Assembly: GCF_018977255.1 (NCBI RefSeq)
Contig: NW_024704747.1
Span: forward strand, 21,762,001 to 21,826,000
Reading direction: 5' to 3'
Source: Callorhinchus milii
Lineage: Eukaryota
DNA: 64,000 nucleotides
The translations under genes and the position numbers were made by a program. Shown piece by piece: positions 9,226 to 22,949 of the stretch. Each line of letters begins with the position of its first letter. Positions within the stretch are counted from its first letter, which is position 1. The notes beneath the pieces were generated by a model. The model had not been told where the DNA came from. It searched no databases and saw nothing but the letters and a program-made list of their open reading frames with translations.

Positions 9226-11634
9226 AGTGCTTTGAAGGCCAGCAGTCATCTGATTTGTGATAAATATTCACTGTGTTGCAATATTTGCTTTTTTATGACC
9301 TTGTCTGAATCCTGTTCCACTTGTAGAAATCTGCATAATTCTCATTTGCAATTCGTTCCTCCTTCAAGTAGCACAAGTGGTAGATTTTGAGAAAATGTCA
9401 TATCCTCTTTCAGATTAAAGGGCCAGAGAATGAAGATGCAGTAAATTGATTTTAACAACTCTCAATCTTCACTAAAAACGTGTTATTTTGATGCACTGAC
9501 TTGGCAATAAGAGGGTTACAGGGTGATAGGATAAGAATGAGTTAACTACTTAATCGCAAAAATGTGTCATATTATATCATACCTGCTATCTGGCCCACGG
9601 AGAAAACTGAATAATGAATTTGTTCTGTGTAAGGGAGCTGCGTAATTTGTGTCTGGCTGGGGATGTTATAGATTGGTATTTCTTGCTGAGTTTGTTTTTA
9701 ATTAAACCAGGTAGTTAAAAGAAGCCTGTAGGTCAGGCCAGGGTCACTCAGTGCTACGATTTTGACCGACGCTAACTAATTCAGCGAGCTCGCTCAGCTA
9801 GACACTTCAGATAGAAATGTTTTTTTATCCTTAGCACCCAAAATGTCGCAACCTCAGTTACTCTATCCCCAAAGTGAAACATCCAGTGTACCTTTACAGA
9901 AGTAATTTATCACAGGGAATGCTGAATATTCCAAGGTGGGAGCTGTGGTTTTCAGTCCTTTGTTGTGCCACAATATCAGTGTTTTAATTGTGCTTTAGGA
10001 TGTCACATTTAGCCAACACATCTTCAGTAGCTCCTAAATCATTGAAGAATGACTCTCTTTATTGAAATAAGGAAGAATAAATTATTACCGACTGTAAATG
10101 TTCATCAAATGTCACATATTTAACCATAAATAAGTGATTTTTTCATGTCCTTCAAAAGTAAAAAGTAAGAACAACTTACTTGATGAGTCTTAGCTGCTTT
10201 ATGAGGGCACTATTAAGCCTGGGTGTCACTTCAAAACTTGATTGAGTGACTAGAGGTGTTGAAATATTGGAAGAGGGAAAACATTATTAAAATTATTAAT
10301 GCTCTTAATGCTCTGTTATAAATTCAAAAAATGACTCAACTAAAACCCTTATGTCTTATAATGCATATTAATTAATTCTAAAATTATAGACACTTCTCTT
10401 TTTTCAAATTGATTTCTTCTGGTAGAAAGAGAGGCCTTTAATACACTTGCCACTGTTATTAATAGCATCAGGTTCAAAGCTTTCTCACTTGAGTGAAACT
10501 GTTGCATTGTGCCAGAAATAAAAGGCCAATTCAAGCCCCTACGTTTCGCATACTAATGCACTACGCAGAGGAAAGGTGTTAGATCAGAACCATGATCTAT
10601 GCTTTATGTATCGTCTGCTACAGCTACCTGGATCAGGTAATGGCAAGTGACTTTGAAGGTCAAGCCTTTATTTAAGAAGAACATAACAGCATAAGAAAGC
10701 AAGGAATAAGAAAAGGTCACTCATCCCATTATACCCATTCCTTCTACAGGCGACCTGCCACCGTTCTGAAGCATGTTCAGCCCTGATACTTTCAGCTATC
10801 TTTTTGTTTCAGATGCTGATTGAATTGTTGTGGATTTTCAGCCTTGTCTTTTTTTTAATAAAGTTTGGACTCTTCCTAATCTATTTAACATGCTGAGATA
10901 ATAATAATAATATTACTTACATTTGGTATAGTGCCTTTCATGTCGATTGTGCTTCCCAGAGCGCTTCACAGGATTTACTGAAAAGCACAATGATTTGTGG
11001 ACAAACGTGGCAGCCAATTTAGCAGAAAAGGGTTCTGCGAAGTTTCTCCCCACTCCGCCAAGAAGTAAAGTAAGCAGAACTGTGGAATGTCTAACTAACC
11101 TTCTGTTTATGCCTCCTTGACATGACATATCCACTCTCCAAGCCAGTCAGAAACCCGTCACGTTCCACATAGCGTTAAACCATTGCTATCTGTACTTATC
11201 CTTGTAACCTCAATCTCCTTCCTAACCAGATATTCATCCATCTATTTTGATGGTGTTAATTGACTCAGCATTAACAGCTTTAGCTGGGAATCTATGCCAC
11301 ATATCCTCAATTCTGTGGGGAAATAAATGTGTTCTGATGGCACAGACTAGTTAATTTTATACCATGTATTTTCTATTTCTGTGTTCATAGTCCATGTTAA
11401 ATTACTTGGTGCTTTTGCATGAAACATTTCACTCTAAAATTTGAAAACCTCAATAATTTCTTTGCGCCCTCACTCATCTCTTTCAGTATCTAGGAGACTG
11501 GGATAAGCGCTCCAGGACCCTACCCCTTGTAAAGGGCGCTATATAAATGCTGCTGTTGTTGTTGTTGTTGTCATTGTATCTGTCTCAAGACTTTCCTCTT
11601 GATCACACCTTCGCTCATCTTTCTGCTCCCACCC

Positions 11635-12145
11635 CAAACAGTGTGAGGCAGCAATAAACAAGGCAAACCAGATGCTGGACTGCACTGCTAAATCAATTGA
11701 GTTCAAATTCCCCAAAAGTCATATTGAAGCCGTACAGTGATCTGGTTAGGCTGTACCTAGAGGAAGGCATGCAGTCCTGGTTACTGCAACATAAGAGGAC
11801 TGACCAAGTCCTAGAGGAAGTGCAAAGACGACAATGAGACTGATTCCCAGTTTTAGAGGGATGATGCCTCAATCTTGAAAAGAAATGTTTGAGAGGAGAT
11901 ATTATAGATATATAGAGTGTATGCAATGGGATAGCTAAATTAAAACTGGAGCAATCCTTTCAGGCACACCAGAAGACCCAAGCTTATGATAGTGGTTGGT
12001 TAGTTTAGAGCAGACACCAGGAAGTGCTTCTTTACAGAGGATAATCACAAGCTGATGTAGCAGAAACAGCTTGATGCTGTAATGGGAAGAAAGGATGAGT
12101 TCAAATGGACCAAACATCCTTTTTCATCCAACCTACTCTTCTATG
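11635..12145 (+). mobile_element. CR1 LINE 3' fragment (decayed RT C-terminus + tail)
   Basis: Translates to QCEAAINKANQMLDC followed by a frameshifted Y..LVRL.LE and VLEEVQRR, matching the CR1 KANRMLGCI...LVRPHLEY...LERVQRRAT region. Tail GGAAGGATGAGTTCAAATGGACCAAA...TTCATC. Confidence 0.8.
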
Positions 12146-14409
12146 ACCTTCTGTACCAAATTGATGGAATTGAGTCCAGGATGCAACGTGCCAAAACAAT
12201 TAAGGTGATTAGATTGTGAAATGGAAAAGGAAGTTTTGCATAGCTCTGTACTTCCTCCCACATAGTCATTGGGGGAAATTATATGCTATGTTCTGTGAGA
12301 TAAAGGCACCATTTTTATTACAATGCACAGTGGAATGGTTATATGGCAGGGGCAGGAATGATTTATTGCACGGTTAAGTCATTGGGCTGTTCCTTCATTT
12401 CGCATCCCACTTTTACTCCTGTGACCCCAGAACTCCTCGTCCAGCTAAGATAGCACTTTGGTTAGTCACTGCACATCTTGCTTTAGCTTTCTAATTCAAT
12501 GCCACCCTATGACTCTGGAGAAATGCTTTTACATGGTTGGGATAGCAAGATAACCTTCAACTAAATGAAAAAATATAATCTTCTCATACCCGTTTGACAG
12601 CTGCCCAATATTAATGTTATACATTATCTTACATCACAAAGGCTTGTATTACAGAATCACTGATATTAAGCCACATGGATTCATGCAGTGGTGTATACTA
12701 ATGTGTCACTGTGAATTTACAGCCTCTATAAATAAACATCTGTCCGTTGTAGTTCATCCAATAAACAGCAGAAGGAATTAAAAGACATGAATAGTTTGAC
12801 TGCCTGATTTATGTGTCATTGGGACTCTCACTTGTGTTATGTTTACAAGGTCTGGTTTGTATGCTGACCATTTCACTGCATTTTTATTTGCACGCAAATC
12901 TCTGTGACCAGTTCTTTTATAGGGACACAGAATGTTAAACCTCCAATTTAACTGTACAAAGCAGTGCACGAGCAAATCAATCAGCTGTTTTCAGACCATC
13001 TGCAGTCAAGGATCGGCTTGACTTTTCTTGTTAAACGCCAAGAATAAATCAGCAAAACAATGGTACACGAATGAAACCTCCACAGAAAAACCCCATGGTT
13101 TATTGCCATATGTCCTGGTAACCAGCTTAATGCATGATGATGTTCAAAACAATGATTTTTAATAGCACCATATTCATGACTGAAACCATCATGCTGTTTC
13201 TTAGTGCTCTGGGGTCCCCAAGTCTTGGGTCTGGCCAACCTTCACTTAACCTTCTCTGGAATTAGATAAGCAGGGTTTGTCTCTCTGTGGAGAGTTGGAA
13301 ACACCGTCCTGCAGAAACATTGCCCTATTAACATTTAGTCGAGTTCTACTGGGGCACACATTTGTGCGGAATTTACAAAGCAAATGAACTTATCAAACAA
13401 ATGTTATAGAGAACTTGTGGGATCTAATTTGCAATATGTCTCAACAGATTTCATAAGAAAGGTGAAATTTCTAGTGTTTCAGAGTGTGCATTCTTTAGCA
13501 CTTTGATGTTTCAGAAATGTAATAATCACATAGTTCCTATCATGAAATGCCGCAAATATGACCCCATCGCATAAGAAAGACACCCGTGCTAAAAAGCAAC
13601 CTTATAGAGAGTACTGTGATGACATTCTGCTGTATTTTGATGATAAATATGCAATGACTTGTGAGTATACCTGTGAGTGGGGAACAAGCTGTTTTCTTCA
13701 AGCACTGTCAGTGTTTACTCATTCAGCTCAGATTCTTTCTTTAAAATTGAACTGTTTGCTGCTTTGTCTCTGACTCCAGTTCCAGGAGAGAGATGGCGAG
13801 ATCACGTGCAGATCCATTTGACAGGATTAGGTTGGACATTTGGAATGAATCTAAAATGCTCCTCACGTGAGTCAGTTGCGAAGAGTTCAAATGGGAAGTG
13901 CTAAATGCCAGTGAAACACTGAGAATATTGGAAACTGCTGAGGCAGAAGGCCGATGGGGGTGGGAAGCTGTAATTATGATTTTTAACAACTTTCATCATA
14001 TCACTCATGAAATTGTCCTTCAGCCATCCAATTGAACAACCAGCGATCCTCATAAAATCAGTCACGGTTCTGCTCCCAATTGCATCCAGTGGCTCCAGCT
14101 GAAAAGTGTGTTTATATTGGATGAAGGCTTTCCTGTGAAGGCCTCACCTCAACATTGAGCAGCCTCTGACGATCACACACACAGAAAAAGTTCTGGAGTT
14201 GCTGGTGCCTGTGGACCTGAATCTCAAGCCCCTAGTGTTCGCCCACAAAACGCACACAGTCACTACACTTCACATTATATACTGTGAAGCGCTTTGGGAA
14301 GTCCATCTGACGTGAAATGCACTATACCAATTATAAGGATTAGTAGTAGAATTCTTATTAACAGGAGGAGAGAAGGAAATTAGAATAAAAATAATAGAAA
14401 CAATTTAAA

Positions 14410-14900
14410 CCAATCTTTTATCTTAATTCACATTGGTTGTTTTAGGCACATAGGATCGGTCACAACGTAACCTCTCAAGGCAATGCTATTCCATACTTTT
14501 GTGATTTGTACTTGTAAACCACTGTTGATGGATTGCTGACGACACTGAATTTTGACAAATGTCAATTGAATTTCCAGAGGGAGAGTGAAAGGAATCCGTG
14601 ACAAAGATGCTCAGGAGAACAGTGACCTTCTCAGCCATGGGAGAGTGGCCCTGACTACCAATGACATCTTCAGCTCCTCTGTCAATCTATGACCTCACAT
14701 GGAGGAGACTCAATCTCTGCACTGACACTGCTACTGGGTGAGGTCCAGGTAAGATTTTCTGGCCTTCTGTCACTCCGGTCATGGCTGTGGGTCCCTTCAT
14801 GCCTCTCCTCCTCCTCCTCCTCCTCTTCTAATGACTGCCATGACAGGCGCAAAAACCCTTCTGGAGAAAACTCTTGCACACAAACTCTAAGACACAGATA
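14410..14900 (-). pseudogene. Decayed PIF/Harbinger (HARBI1-like) DDE transposase fragment
   Basis: Minus-strand translation with stops and frameshifts: poly-Glu run, RKSYLDLTQ*QCQCR, ATLPMAEKVTVLLSIFVTDSFHSPSGNSIDICQNSVSSAIHQ, DRSYV. Resembles the Harbinger SYLDLSEEQC.RRLRL / LPVAVKVTVALNFFASGSFQ..GD..GISQ.AV / IDCTHV motifs. Confidence 0.7.
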
Positions 14901-15104
14901 GAAGACTTTCTGCTTGCTCAGTCCATGATTCAATGCACCTGATTCTAAAAGCCTAAAAGCATAAAAGCATCAGAAATTGCAGATTTCCCCATGCTTAATA
15001 GACTCTTGACATCAATTCATTGCCTTTATTGCTGTAGAACAAGATTTCAGGAGCGTTATCCTCTGTCCAACATTTGTACATTTGTATGGAATATTGCAGT
15101 TGCC

Positions 15105-15510
15105 TTTAACTCATAAAACCTTCCATCCCACTGAAACTCCCATTTCCTCTCCTGTAAATCCCTTCATTCTCTGGCACTCCGACCTCCTCACTCCCCAACA
15201 CACCCCTCGGCACCTCCCCTTGACTGGCACTGGCCTTCTGCTTGGCCCTCGCACCATCCGTCCCACCCTCAGAGATCGTGCTTTCAGCTACTACGCCCCG
15301 AAACTCTGGAACGCTCTCCCCCAATTCTTTCGGCTTGCCCCCTCTCTCCCCTTTTTCAAGTGCTGCCTGAAGACCGTCCTCTTTGACCGTGCTTACGGCC
15401 ACCTCCCCACCTGGCTCAGAGTCAGGCTCCGCCACTGTTAAGCACTCTGAGACGCTACCCTGCGTGGGAGGTGCTATATAAGTGCAAGGTATTTTTTGTT
15501 GTTTTTTCCT
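15105..15510 (+). mobile_element. 5'-truncated L2 (older subfamily)
   Basis: Translates to ...RPTLRDRAFSYYAPKLWNALPQFFRLAPSLPFFKCCLKTVLFDRAY, homologous to the C-terminus of the intact ORF. Stem-loop variant at 15441-15475 and TTG-rich tail. Confidence 0.85.
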
Positions 15511-16593
15511 TGACACTTACAAAAATAAAAATAGAGAGTAACCGATGTGTTTGCATTAAATATAAGTCTCAGTGAGGTTGATGAAAGCCTTTGGAAAAGG
15601 TTTGGTGGAGCATTAAGTATTAAGTAACTATTAAGTATTCATTATTATTAAGCATTAACAATAATAATAATTATTGATAATAATTAATAATTATTATTAT
15701 TAAGCAGCAAACTCCCTTGCAACCAGTGATACAATTTCTGTCTAGCAAGCAGACTACACAATCCTGATTTCTTTGTTTACAATAGAAGCAGGGTGGACAG
15801 CCTTCAATTTCTTACATTTAAATTATGCCTTACGGATCACCACAATTATAAATTTATTAGTACCTGTTCAGCTACAATAGTCAATGTGCTACCTTCAGTG
15901 ACACTTCATTCTGCCTGCAGTCTCTCTTTATATGTGCATTGGTTTACATTTAGCTGTGCCTTCAGTCTACTCCCTCCAAGCCTCCTTATCTCCCACCCTA
16001 CTCGGGCTCCCACTCTGTCTCTGTTAAGATTTGTTTCTCTGTGAAAGGTTTTGTATTAAGTGCAAGTTATGGTTGTTATAGTGTATACTGTATGCACATA
16101 TAAAAGTGTCTCAGGTTTCAAGTTATCTTTTTGACATGCAGTTTCAGGAAGCTGACATCAGTTATTTGATGTATTCCTATTGCAACCGAAATGTCCCCAA
16201 CTCCGGTTGAAAGATGTGCTTAGTTAGAGACTGAAGCGATGCTTCTGTCCTTCATGGTAAAGCTCATTAAAGCTGAACGCAGCTCTGTTCCCCCAATTAA
16301 ATTGGGTAGCAAACATTTTTCCTCCACAAAACATGACAGAATATAAATACTAATCAACTCCGAGTTGTTTTTGATGTATTCATTATGCTGTACAAAAGAT
16401 TCTTCCGAATCAAGAACATGCATTTAATTTGCTAAGGTTTCTGTGGAAACAGAAGAACACAGCAAAACTTTGGAGCCTGTGACTTTGATAATGCTGACTC
16501 AGACCAACTTTAATAGTCACAGACCACAGGGATGCAAAGTTAAATGTGTTCCTTGTTACAATGCCATTTAGATATCAAGGTAACTGCCTTCAG

Positions 16594-16880
16594 CGACAAC
16601 AACAAGATTACATTTGTATAGCGCCTTTCACGTCGGGAGGACGTCCCAAGATGCTGGACAGAGTACAGCATTTCAGACCTGAGCTGGGGTTGGGGGGGTA
16701 AGGGAGTGGAGGGGAAGGGGGGTGGCCGATGGCATGGTCGAAGAGGAGGGTCTTGAGGTGGGACTTGAAGGAGGCTAAGAAGGGGGCGAGGCGGAGTGAC
16801 TGGGGGATGGAATTCCAGAGACTAGGGGCAGAGTGGCTGAAGGCTCCCCCAATGGTGGGGCGGGTGGGATGGGGCGATGT
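16594..16880 (-). mobile_element. 5'-truncated L2 3' end
   Basis: AAC tail and stem-loop GCGCCTTTCACGTCGGGAGGACGTCCCAAG. Closely similar to 30780-31128. Confidence 0.9.
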
Positions 16881-17324
16881 ACAGCGAAAGCTCCTCAGAA
16901 AAATTCGGAATGTCCAATGACATTTATAATTTCAGCCGTAATTGGGGCTCAACAAAGACCCGGAAAGCAAGGTGCAAACAAAAAAACAGCTTAAAGTCTC
17001 AACCCTCTGCAGCTAGAGCATTTTATAAAGCAAATGGAAATATTTTTTACTATGAATAGACACAATATTAAAGTTGCATATAGTGAAAAGGGCCACAGGG
17101 GCCCTCAGAAATTCAGCTATGTTATTGAATAGGGAAAAATACCCAGTGGGGAAAAACAATCCCCATCGAGTTAAATACCAAAGTTATGTGGACTTATGTT
17201 AACCCTACAAGCCACTGTCCTAACGGGTAGGGTGTTGGCAGCTGAACAAGCAGGGGAACAACAACAACATTTTGCATTTATAAAGCATCTTTCATAGAGG
17301 GTAGCATCTTGGAGTGCTTAATGA

Positions 17325-17480
17325 TAATAATAATAATCCTTGCATTGGATATAGCGCTTTTCATGTCTAGACGTCTCAAAGTGCTTCACAGAATATACTG
17401 TAAAGTGAATTGACTGTATATTTGTGGGCGAATTGCGCACAGCAGTGTCCCACAAACAGTTTGGATTGAAGTGACCAATT
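17325..17480 (-). mobile_element. Deu SINE 3' half with L2-type tail
   Basis: (TAA)n-CCTTGCATTGGATATAGCGCTTTTCATGTC...GCGCACAGCAGTGTCCCACAAACAG. Confidence 0.8.
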
Positions 17481-17544
17481 TGTTATTGTTTGTTTTTCTT
17501 AAGGGATTATTATCATTTATCATTATCATTTCCAACCTTTGTTT

Positions 17545-17830
17545 CCCCCATCTCCAACCTCCCATTCCTCTCCAAAGTCCTGAAATGAGTCATTGAGTCC
17601 CAGCTTCACTCTTTCCTCTCCCACCATTACCTCTCTGAACCCCTCCAATCGAGTTTCCATGCTGCCCACAGTCCTGGTCAAAGTCACCAACGTCATTCTG
17701 AACATCTGCGATCAGTGCTCTCTCTGCCTCCTTGTCCTCCTTGACCCCTCTGCTGCCTTCAACACTGTCGACCATTCTATCCTCGTTCACCGCCTCTCCT
17801 CACAGCTCAATCTTCGCGGACCTGCCCTTA
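17545..17830 (+). mobile_element. Internal L2 RT fragment
   Basis: Translates to [50 protein letters not shown], homologous to the RT of the intact element. Confidence 0.9.
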
Positions 17831-17999
17831 ACAGTGACGGAGCCTGATGCCGAGCCAGGGGGAAGGAGGAGCTGACCGTAAGGACGGACGTTTGAATAGG
17901 AAGGTCTCTAGGCTTCGGCTAACCTCATCCTCACATTTCAATCTATGTTTTACAGACATTTGCTGTTCATTCTCTAATGGGGCATTACAAGAACAAGCT

Positions 18000-18250
18000 T
18001 GCTTGGCTGGTTAAACTCCAGGAGTACTTGAATGTACACTCGGACGTCCCCAAGCCTTGGCTCTTACCAACTTGCACCGAATACAATCCAGAATTAGGTA
18101 AGCAGAGTGCGTTCCCCCCAGGGAGAGAGTGCACATTTCATTCCAGTCATTAGAATTTCCGTGTGTGGGCAGCATACATGTAAGTCTCAGTCTGATTTGG
18201 ATACTCTTAAACATGGGAATGGATTGTGTCAGACACACATTAAGAAAAAA
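18000..18250. repeat. Unclassified ancient interspersed repeat, copy 1 of 4
   Basis: Shares GCTGGTTAAACTCCAG...GTGCACATTTCATTCCAG...GTCAGACAC with 24650-24843, 38490-39150 and 43875-44316. Confidence 0.7.
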
Positions 18251-19184
18251 TAATACAGACCAAAATGTTCCAGTACTCTATCTCTTATAGTCTTAACATG
18301 GATTGCAATGTGCGTATGAGATTGGTTCACTGAGAAACTGGAGATACAATTATTAATTTATATCCAATGTCACATGAAACACAGACCAATTGCATTGAAA
18401 ACCTGTACTTAGATGCTGCACAATGGAAGTTGCCTCACGCTTGAAATGTTATGCCGTTCCTAGTACTCACTAAGTGTACCTTTTTACAACAATGGAGTCT
18501 AACTCTCTCCAGAGTGCTGACCCCTTCCCTTCTTGGGCAGTATTGGGAAATTTCAAGAATTTTTAAATGAATGTTTCTCCATTAAGCTAAGTGGCAGATG
18601 AGCACTGCCCGTCTGTCTGAGCAATGTACCTGCCTTGTCTCTGTCAAGGAGAATTCCACAAAGAAGGCTCACCCAACTAGTCAGATGGAAAGAAAGAAAA
18701 TATCACCTGCTCAAATCTAAAATCAACTTAAGTCCACGAGCGGAGGGGATATTTACATGATCTGTTGAAAGGATAACATTAAAATCCCAGATCACTGATT
18801 TAGAAGCCAAACATCACTGTGTGAAGGGATTGGCCGCCATGCAATGCAAGTGACCTTGAACTGGGATCAGACAAGATGACTCATTTGAAGGGAATAGGTT
18901 ACTGCAGTTTGTTAATAGAATACAATTTTCCAAGCTAAGAAACCTCATGGATATGTATGTGCAAAGACCTTCAAACTGCAAGTCAGATCAAATATTTCTG
19001 TGGCGTAATGAGGAGACCTGGAATGACAATAAATGTAATAATTTCTGGCAGGAATTTGCAGCGTTAACAAGAACAAAAACTGACCTTCTTCTGGCAGTGT
19101 TTATGACTTCAGGCCAAATGATATTTGGTTGTTTTTTTTAAAAAAAACAAGATACAAATAAATTCTCACAGACCCCCTCCTCCA

Positions 19185-19510
19185 ATCACATAGTCTATTG
19201 AGGAAGTGCTGCATTGTCGGAGGTGCCGTCCTTTGGATGAGACATTAACCTGTCCACTTGTTCAGATCCCACTATTTCCAGAGAGAAGGTAGCTTGTCTC
19301 AGTGTCCTGGCCAACAATCCCCCAGATAAAATTAGTCATTACTGTGTGCAAATTTACTTTATGACTGTTTGTGGGAGATTACTGTGTGCAAACTGGCTGC
19401 CGTGTTTGCCTACAAAATACAGTCACTCTTACACTTTTCCAGTAAATTCTGTGAAACACTGAAACGTTTTGATGAGGGAGGCACGATATCAAATGTAAGG
19501 ATTATTATTG
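19185..19510 (+). mobile_element. Deu SINE (tRNA-head family body + Deu + tail)
   Basis: GTGCTGCATTGTCGGAGGTGCCGTCCTTTGGATGAGAC, Deu domain GACTGTTTGTGGGA...TGGCTGCC, and (ATT)n tail. Confidence 0.8.
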
Positions 19511-20094
19511 CAGATATGTGAATATTTGCACGGATTGCAATATTTAGCTGGATCCTGTTGTGTACAGCAAACACAAAGTTCAAATGGAAAGACAGGTGAC
19601 TCTGGATTGAATAAATCTTGTGCCTTGGTAGGGCAGTGCTGTTTCAAGAGTTTTACCTCTAGTTCTCCAAGATTTATAAGCAAAACATTGCACGACAAAT
19701 GCAGCATTGAAATTTTCCAGCATCTGTATGTGGTTTCAGCACTCTTAGTCAAAATAAGCCAAAATCGCTTCATAAAAGAAATAAGCCAAAAGATTCACTA
19801 ACGTTATTTTTGGCATTCACTTACAAATATATAATTGCTACATTTGCGGTAAATTGTATGAAGCACTTAAAAATGTCCTCCTGATGTGAAAGGTACCATA
19901 TCAATGCAAGGATCCTATTATTATTTGATGGTACATAACCTTTCGATCATACTTGCAAAAGGCATTGTTTATTTATTGAGCCTGAGAGAAAATAAATGAT
20001 TTTAAAGTAATGTTTCACAGGCCCAACATACGTTGGCATCACATGTAAGGGCCCGTGACTGCCAGCGTATACACTGAAGTGCGGAAACAAAGAA

Positions 20095-20305
20095 AAAATA
20101 ATCCCTCCAAAAAAACAAAACAATAATAAATTGGTCATTTTCAATCCATGACTGTTTGTGGGACACAGCTGTGTGCAATTGGCTGCCGCATTCGCCCACA
20201 AATATACAGTCAATTCACTTTACAGTATATTCCGTGAAGCGCTTTGGGATGTCTAGAAGACGTGAAAAGCGCTGTATCAAATGCAAGGATTATTATTATT
20301 ATAAT
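20095..20305 (+). mobile_element. Young Deu SINE 3' portion with L2-type stem-loop
   Basis: Highly similar to 28937-29155. AGCGCTTTGGGATGTCTAGAAGACGTGAAAAGCGCT followed by (ATT)n. Confidence 0.85.
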
Positions 20306-21199
20306 TCACTGGGTAGCTCAATTGTTTGAGCGTTGGCCTTGGAAACAGGATTCAAATTCCAGCTCAGGTCACCACCGCTTTCCAGGTTGATAAATTGAGA
20401 ACCATGCCTAAAACGGAATTGAGTTCCTGTGGGTCAACAATAATTCTAACCTTGTTTTTTTATTAAGAAACAAAGCAAATTGGACCTCATTCATATCGTT
20501 GCCACCCCCACCCCCCCCCACCCCCCACTCTTTAATTCCCACTGGGCCACTGTATATCTCTTGGTAACAAGGGTTAGCAAATAATCTGTTTCTTGTGCGC
20601 TGCTAATGTCCTTCTTTAATGCACCATTTGGAGGGATGGAGGGTTGAAGACATCAGAGTGATCTAAAAGCCTATAATCTATGATTACAATTTAGATTCGG
20701 TTGCAAAGAAATTCCCGCCTTCTTCAAAGAGTTAATATTATTTCTCTTTCTCTGAGGAACTCCATTTAGTGCGTTTTGTATGCTCTTGAAGTCTGATGCA
20801 AGTTTCTAAGGAGATTTAATTTCCTACAGGGAAATTATATGGTAATTTCTAGAATAATTATTGGTCTGTGTTGCTAAGATACACTTACTCTTCCTTGCTT
20901 CATTACCTCGACTGTGCTGCAATCGTCTACATAATAATAAGGCATTGTTGACATGCAGCAGATAAATAACTATCAGAAATAAAGAGAATCTGTGGCCTTT
21001 TTGATGTAGAATGAATGCCCAAATAGAATTAATTTAGTCAGGCTTCATCAGAATTCTACTTTTTCTCTCCAAAATGTAGTTGAAGAAAATCGGGTTTTGT
21101 CAATGAAAAGCATAGTATTGAATGTCTACAGTTTTTCTTAATGCTGGTGAAAACAACTCTTCTGAAATGAAATGTCTTCTGAATGAAATGTGCATAAAA

Positions 21200-22320
21200 A
21201 TAGAAGAAAATATGAAGTGGTAAAAGGTAATTTGGCCCAACACACTCATTCCTTCTACAAATCATGTCCAAACCCTTCTTCCATAGACTCAATCCAACTC
21301 AATTCCTCTCTTAGATTAAGGTTCTGCTGTTTCGCTCTTCTCCCAAGAGATAAATTAAATAAAAATTCTAGAATATTTATGTGACATTACATTCTAACTT
21401 ATTGATTCTTGATGTGGTTCCAGCAGCTCAACTTTCTCAAAGTATTCAATCATCTCTATCTGTACTTATCGTTATATCCTTCAATTGCATTCCTAACCAG
21501 ATAACCATCAACCTTTTTAACAAGGTATTCGTCATCAGAGCACTAGCTATTTATGTTGGGAAATTATTACACAAGTTCATTATTAGGGGTGGGGGTGGGC
21601 AGTGCTTCCAAACCTGAATCTCACTTTACTGATGTCCCCTACTTGTGTGCTCACAGTGCAAAGTGAACAACTTCCTTGAATCTATATATTGACATATCTT
21701 TCAGCATTTTGTAGTCAGATCTGGATACTGAATCGTAAATGTCAATACAATTATATATTGACAGTTCTCTCAGGATTAACATTTTCATTATTTTATGATC
21801 CTCTCTAATGCTTCTATTCCACATGGTCCTTATCTGATCTACAGAATATATCTGATCTCTATTCTTGTATCTCCCACATATTCCTCTTGTGTTAATCTGT
21901 ACTCCACCTCAATTATGCTCTCAAATAACAGGCAAATATCTAACCAAGATCACTAGATTGGTTCTGTTGAAAAATGCCCTTTGATCCATTTGATCTTATC
22001 CTTTCAGAATACCCACCTGTCTGTCCTCCCATTACAGCATTGAGCTCTTTTAAAATGAGTCCAGTGTCCTGGCCTCAACCACTCTTCCTAACAGCCGGTT
22101 CCAGTCATTACTTACCCTCTGGGTAAATCAATAATTCCTGGTATTTGTCCTGAAATTACCCTTTGCAACTCTAAACCTATGTTCTCTTGTTCTACTGTCT
22201 TAGTGCATCATAACGTATTGTTCTGGGTTTGTTTTTTCAATCCCATTTAAGGGTATACAATACAGGGTATCCTCTGAGACATCTCCTTTCAAAACTCAGC
22301 ACATCTGCTTTCAAGACTGA
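21200..22320 (-). mobile_element. Highly decayed CR1-type LINE fragments
   Basis: Reverse complement includes tail-like segments (GGCCCAACACACTCATTCC at about 21235; CCCTTTGATCCATTTGATCTTATCCTTTC at about 21980) and GAACATAGGTTTAGAGTT (TRGH.FKL-like). Confidence 0.5.
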
Positions 22321-22949
22321 GACCATGGAATGAGAGAGACGAATAATATCTGAACAAGTCATTAAATTTCAGGTCAGAACAATGTAGTTGAGCAGAATGG
22401 CCTCGCCTTTGCTTCTTGTATTCCGCATATTTTAAATTTACAAAATCCTGTCGTAACTAATCACTGTAATTGTGTATAATCCTTGGCAGCAATTCTCACA
22501 ATAGTGAAGCAGACGTTTTCTTTGATAAAACCATTGTGGAAAATAACAAATTAGTTAATTTAATTGCTGAGCGCCTGAAACATCGTTAAACATAATGCAA
22601 ATGATCTTTCCTTGGGATCATTTTTAAACATGTTGCTTGATGTTGATTCACGAGTAAAAACTTCTGACTCAAACGGCTCTCTGTTTATAATAAAAATAAT
22701 GTTAATATAATGTACCTTGATTCATGAAGGAAGCTGTGTGGTGGCACTTACAGGCATTTCCATTGCAATTTGTTAACTGCTGTTCAGGATAATGAATATA
22801 CAAATAGTGACTGCTGTTTAGAGAGCAATACTGTTTAAACGTTCCCCGATGGTTAGAGAGGTAAGATAATACAAGTCAGTTTCCTCACCTGGGGGAAAAC
22901 CACTGCTGAAACTGCAAGTACCTTTTATTACACCTATTTGCCTCCCTAG

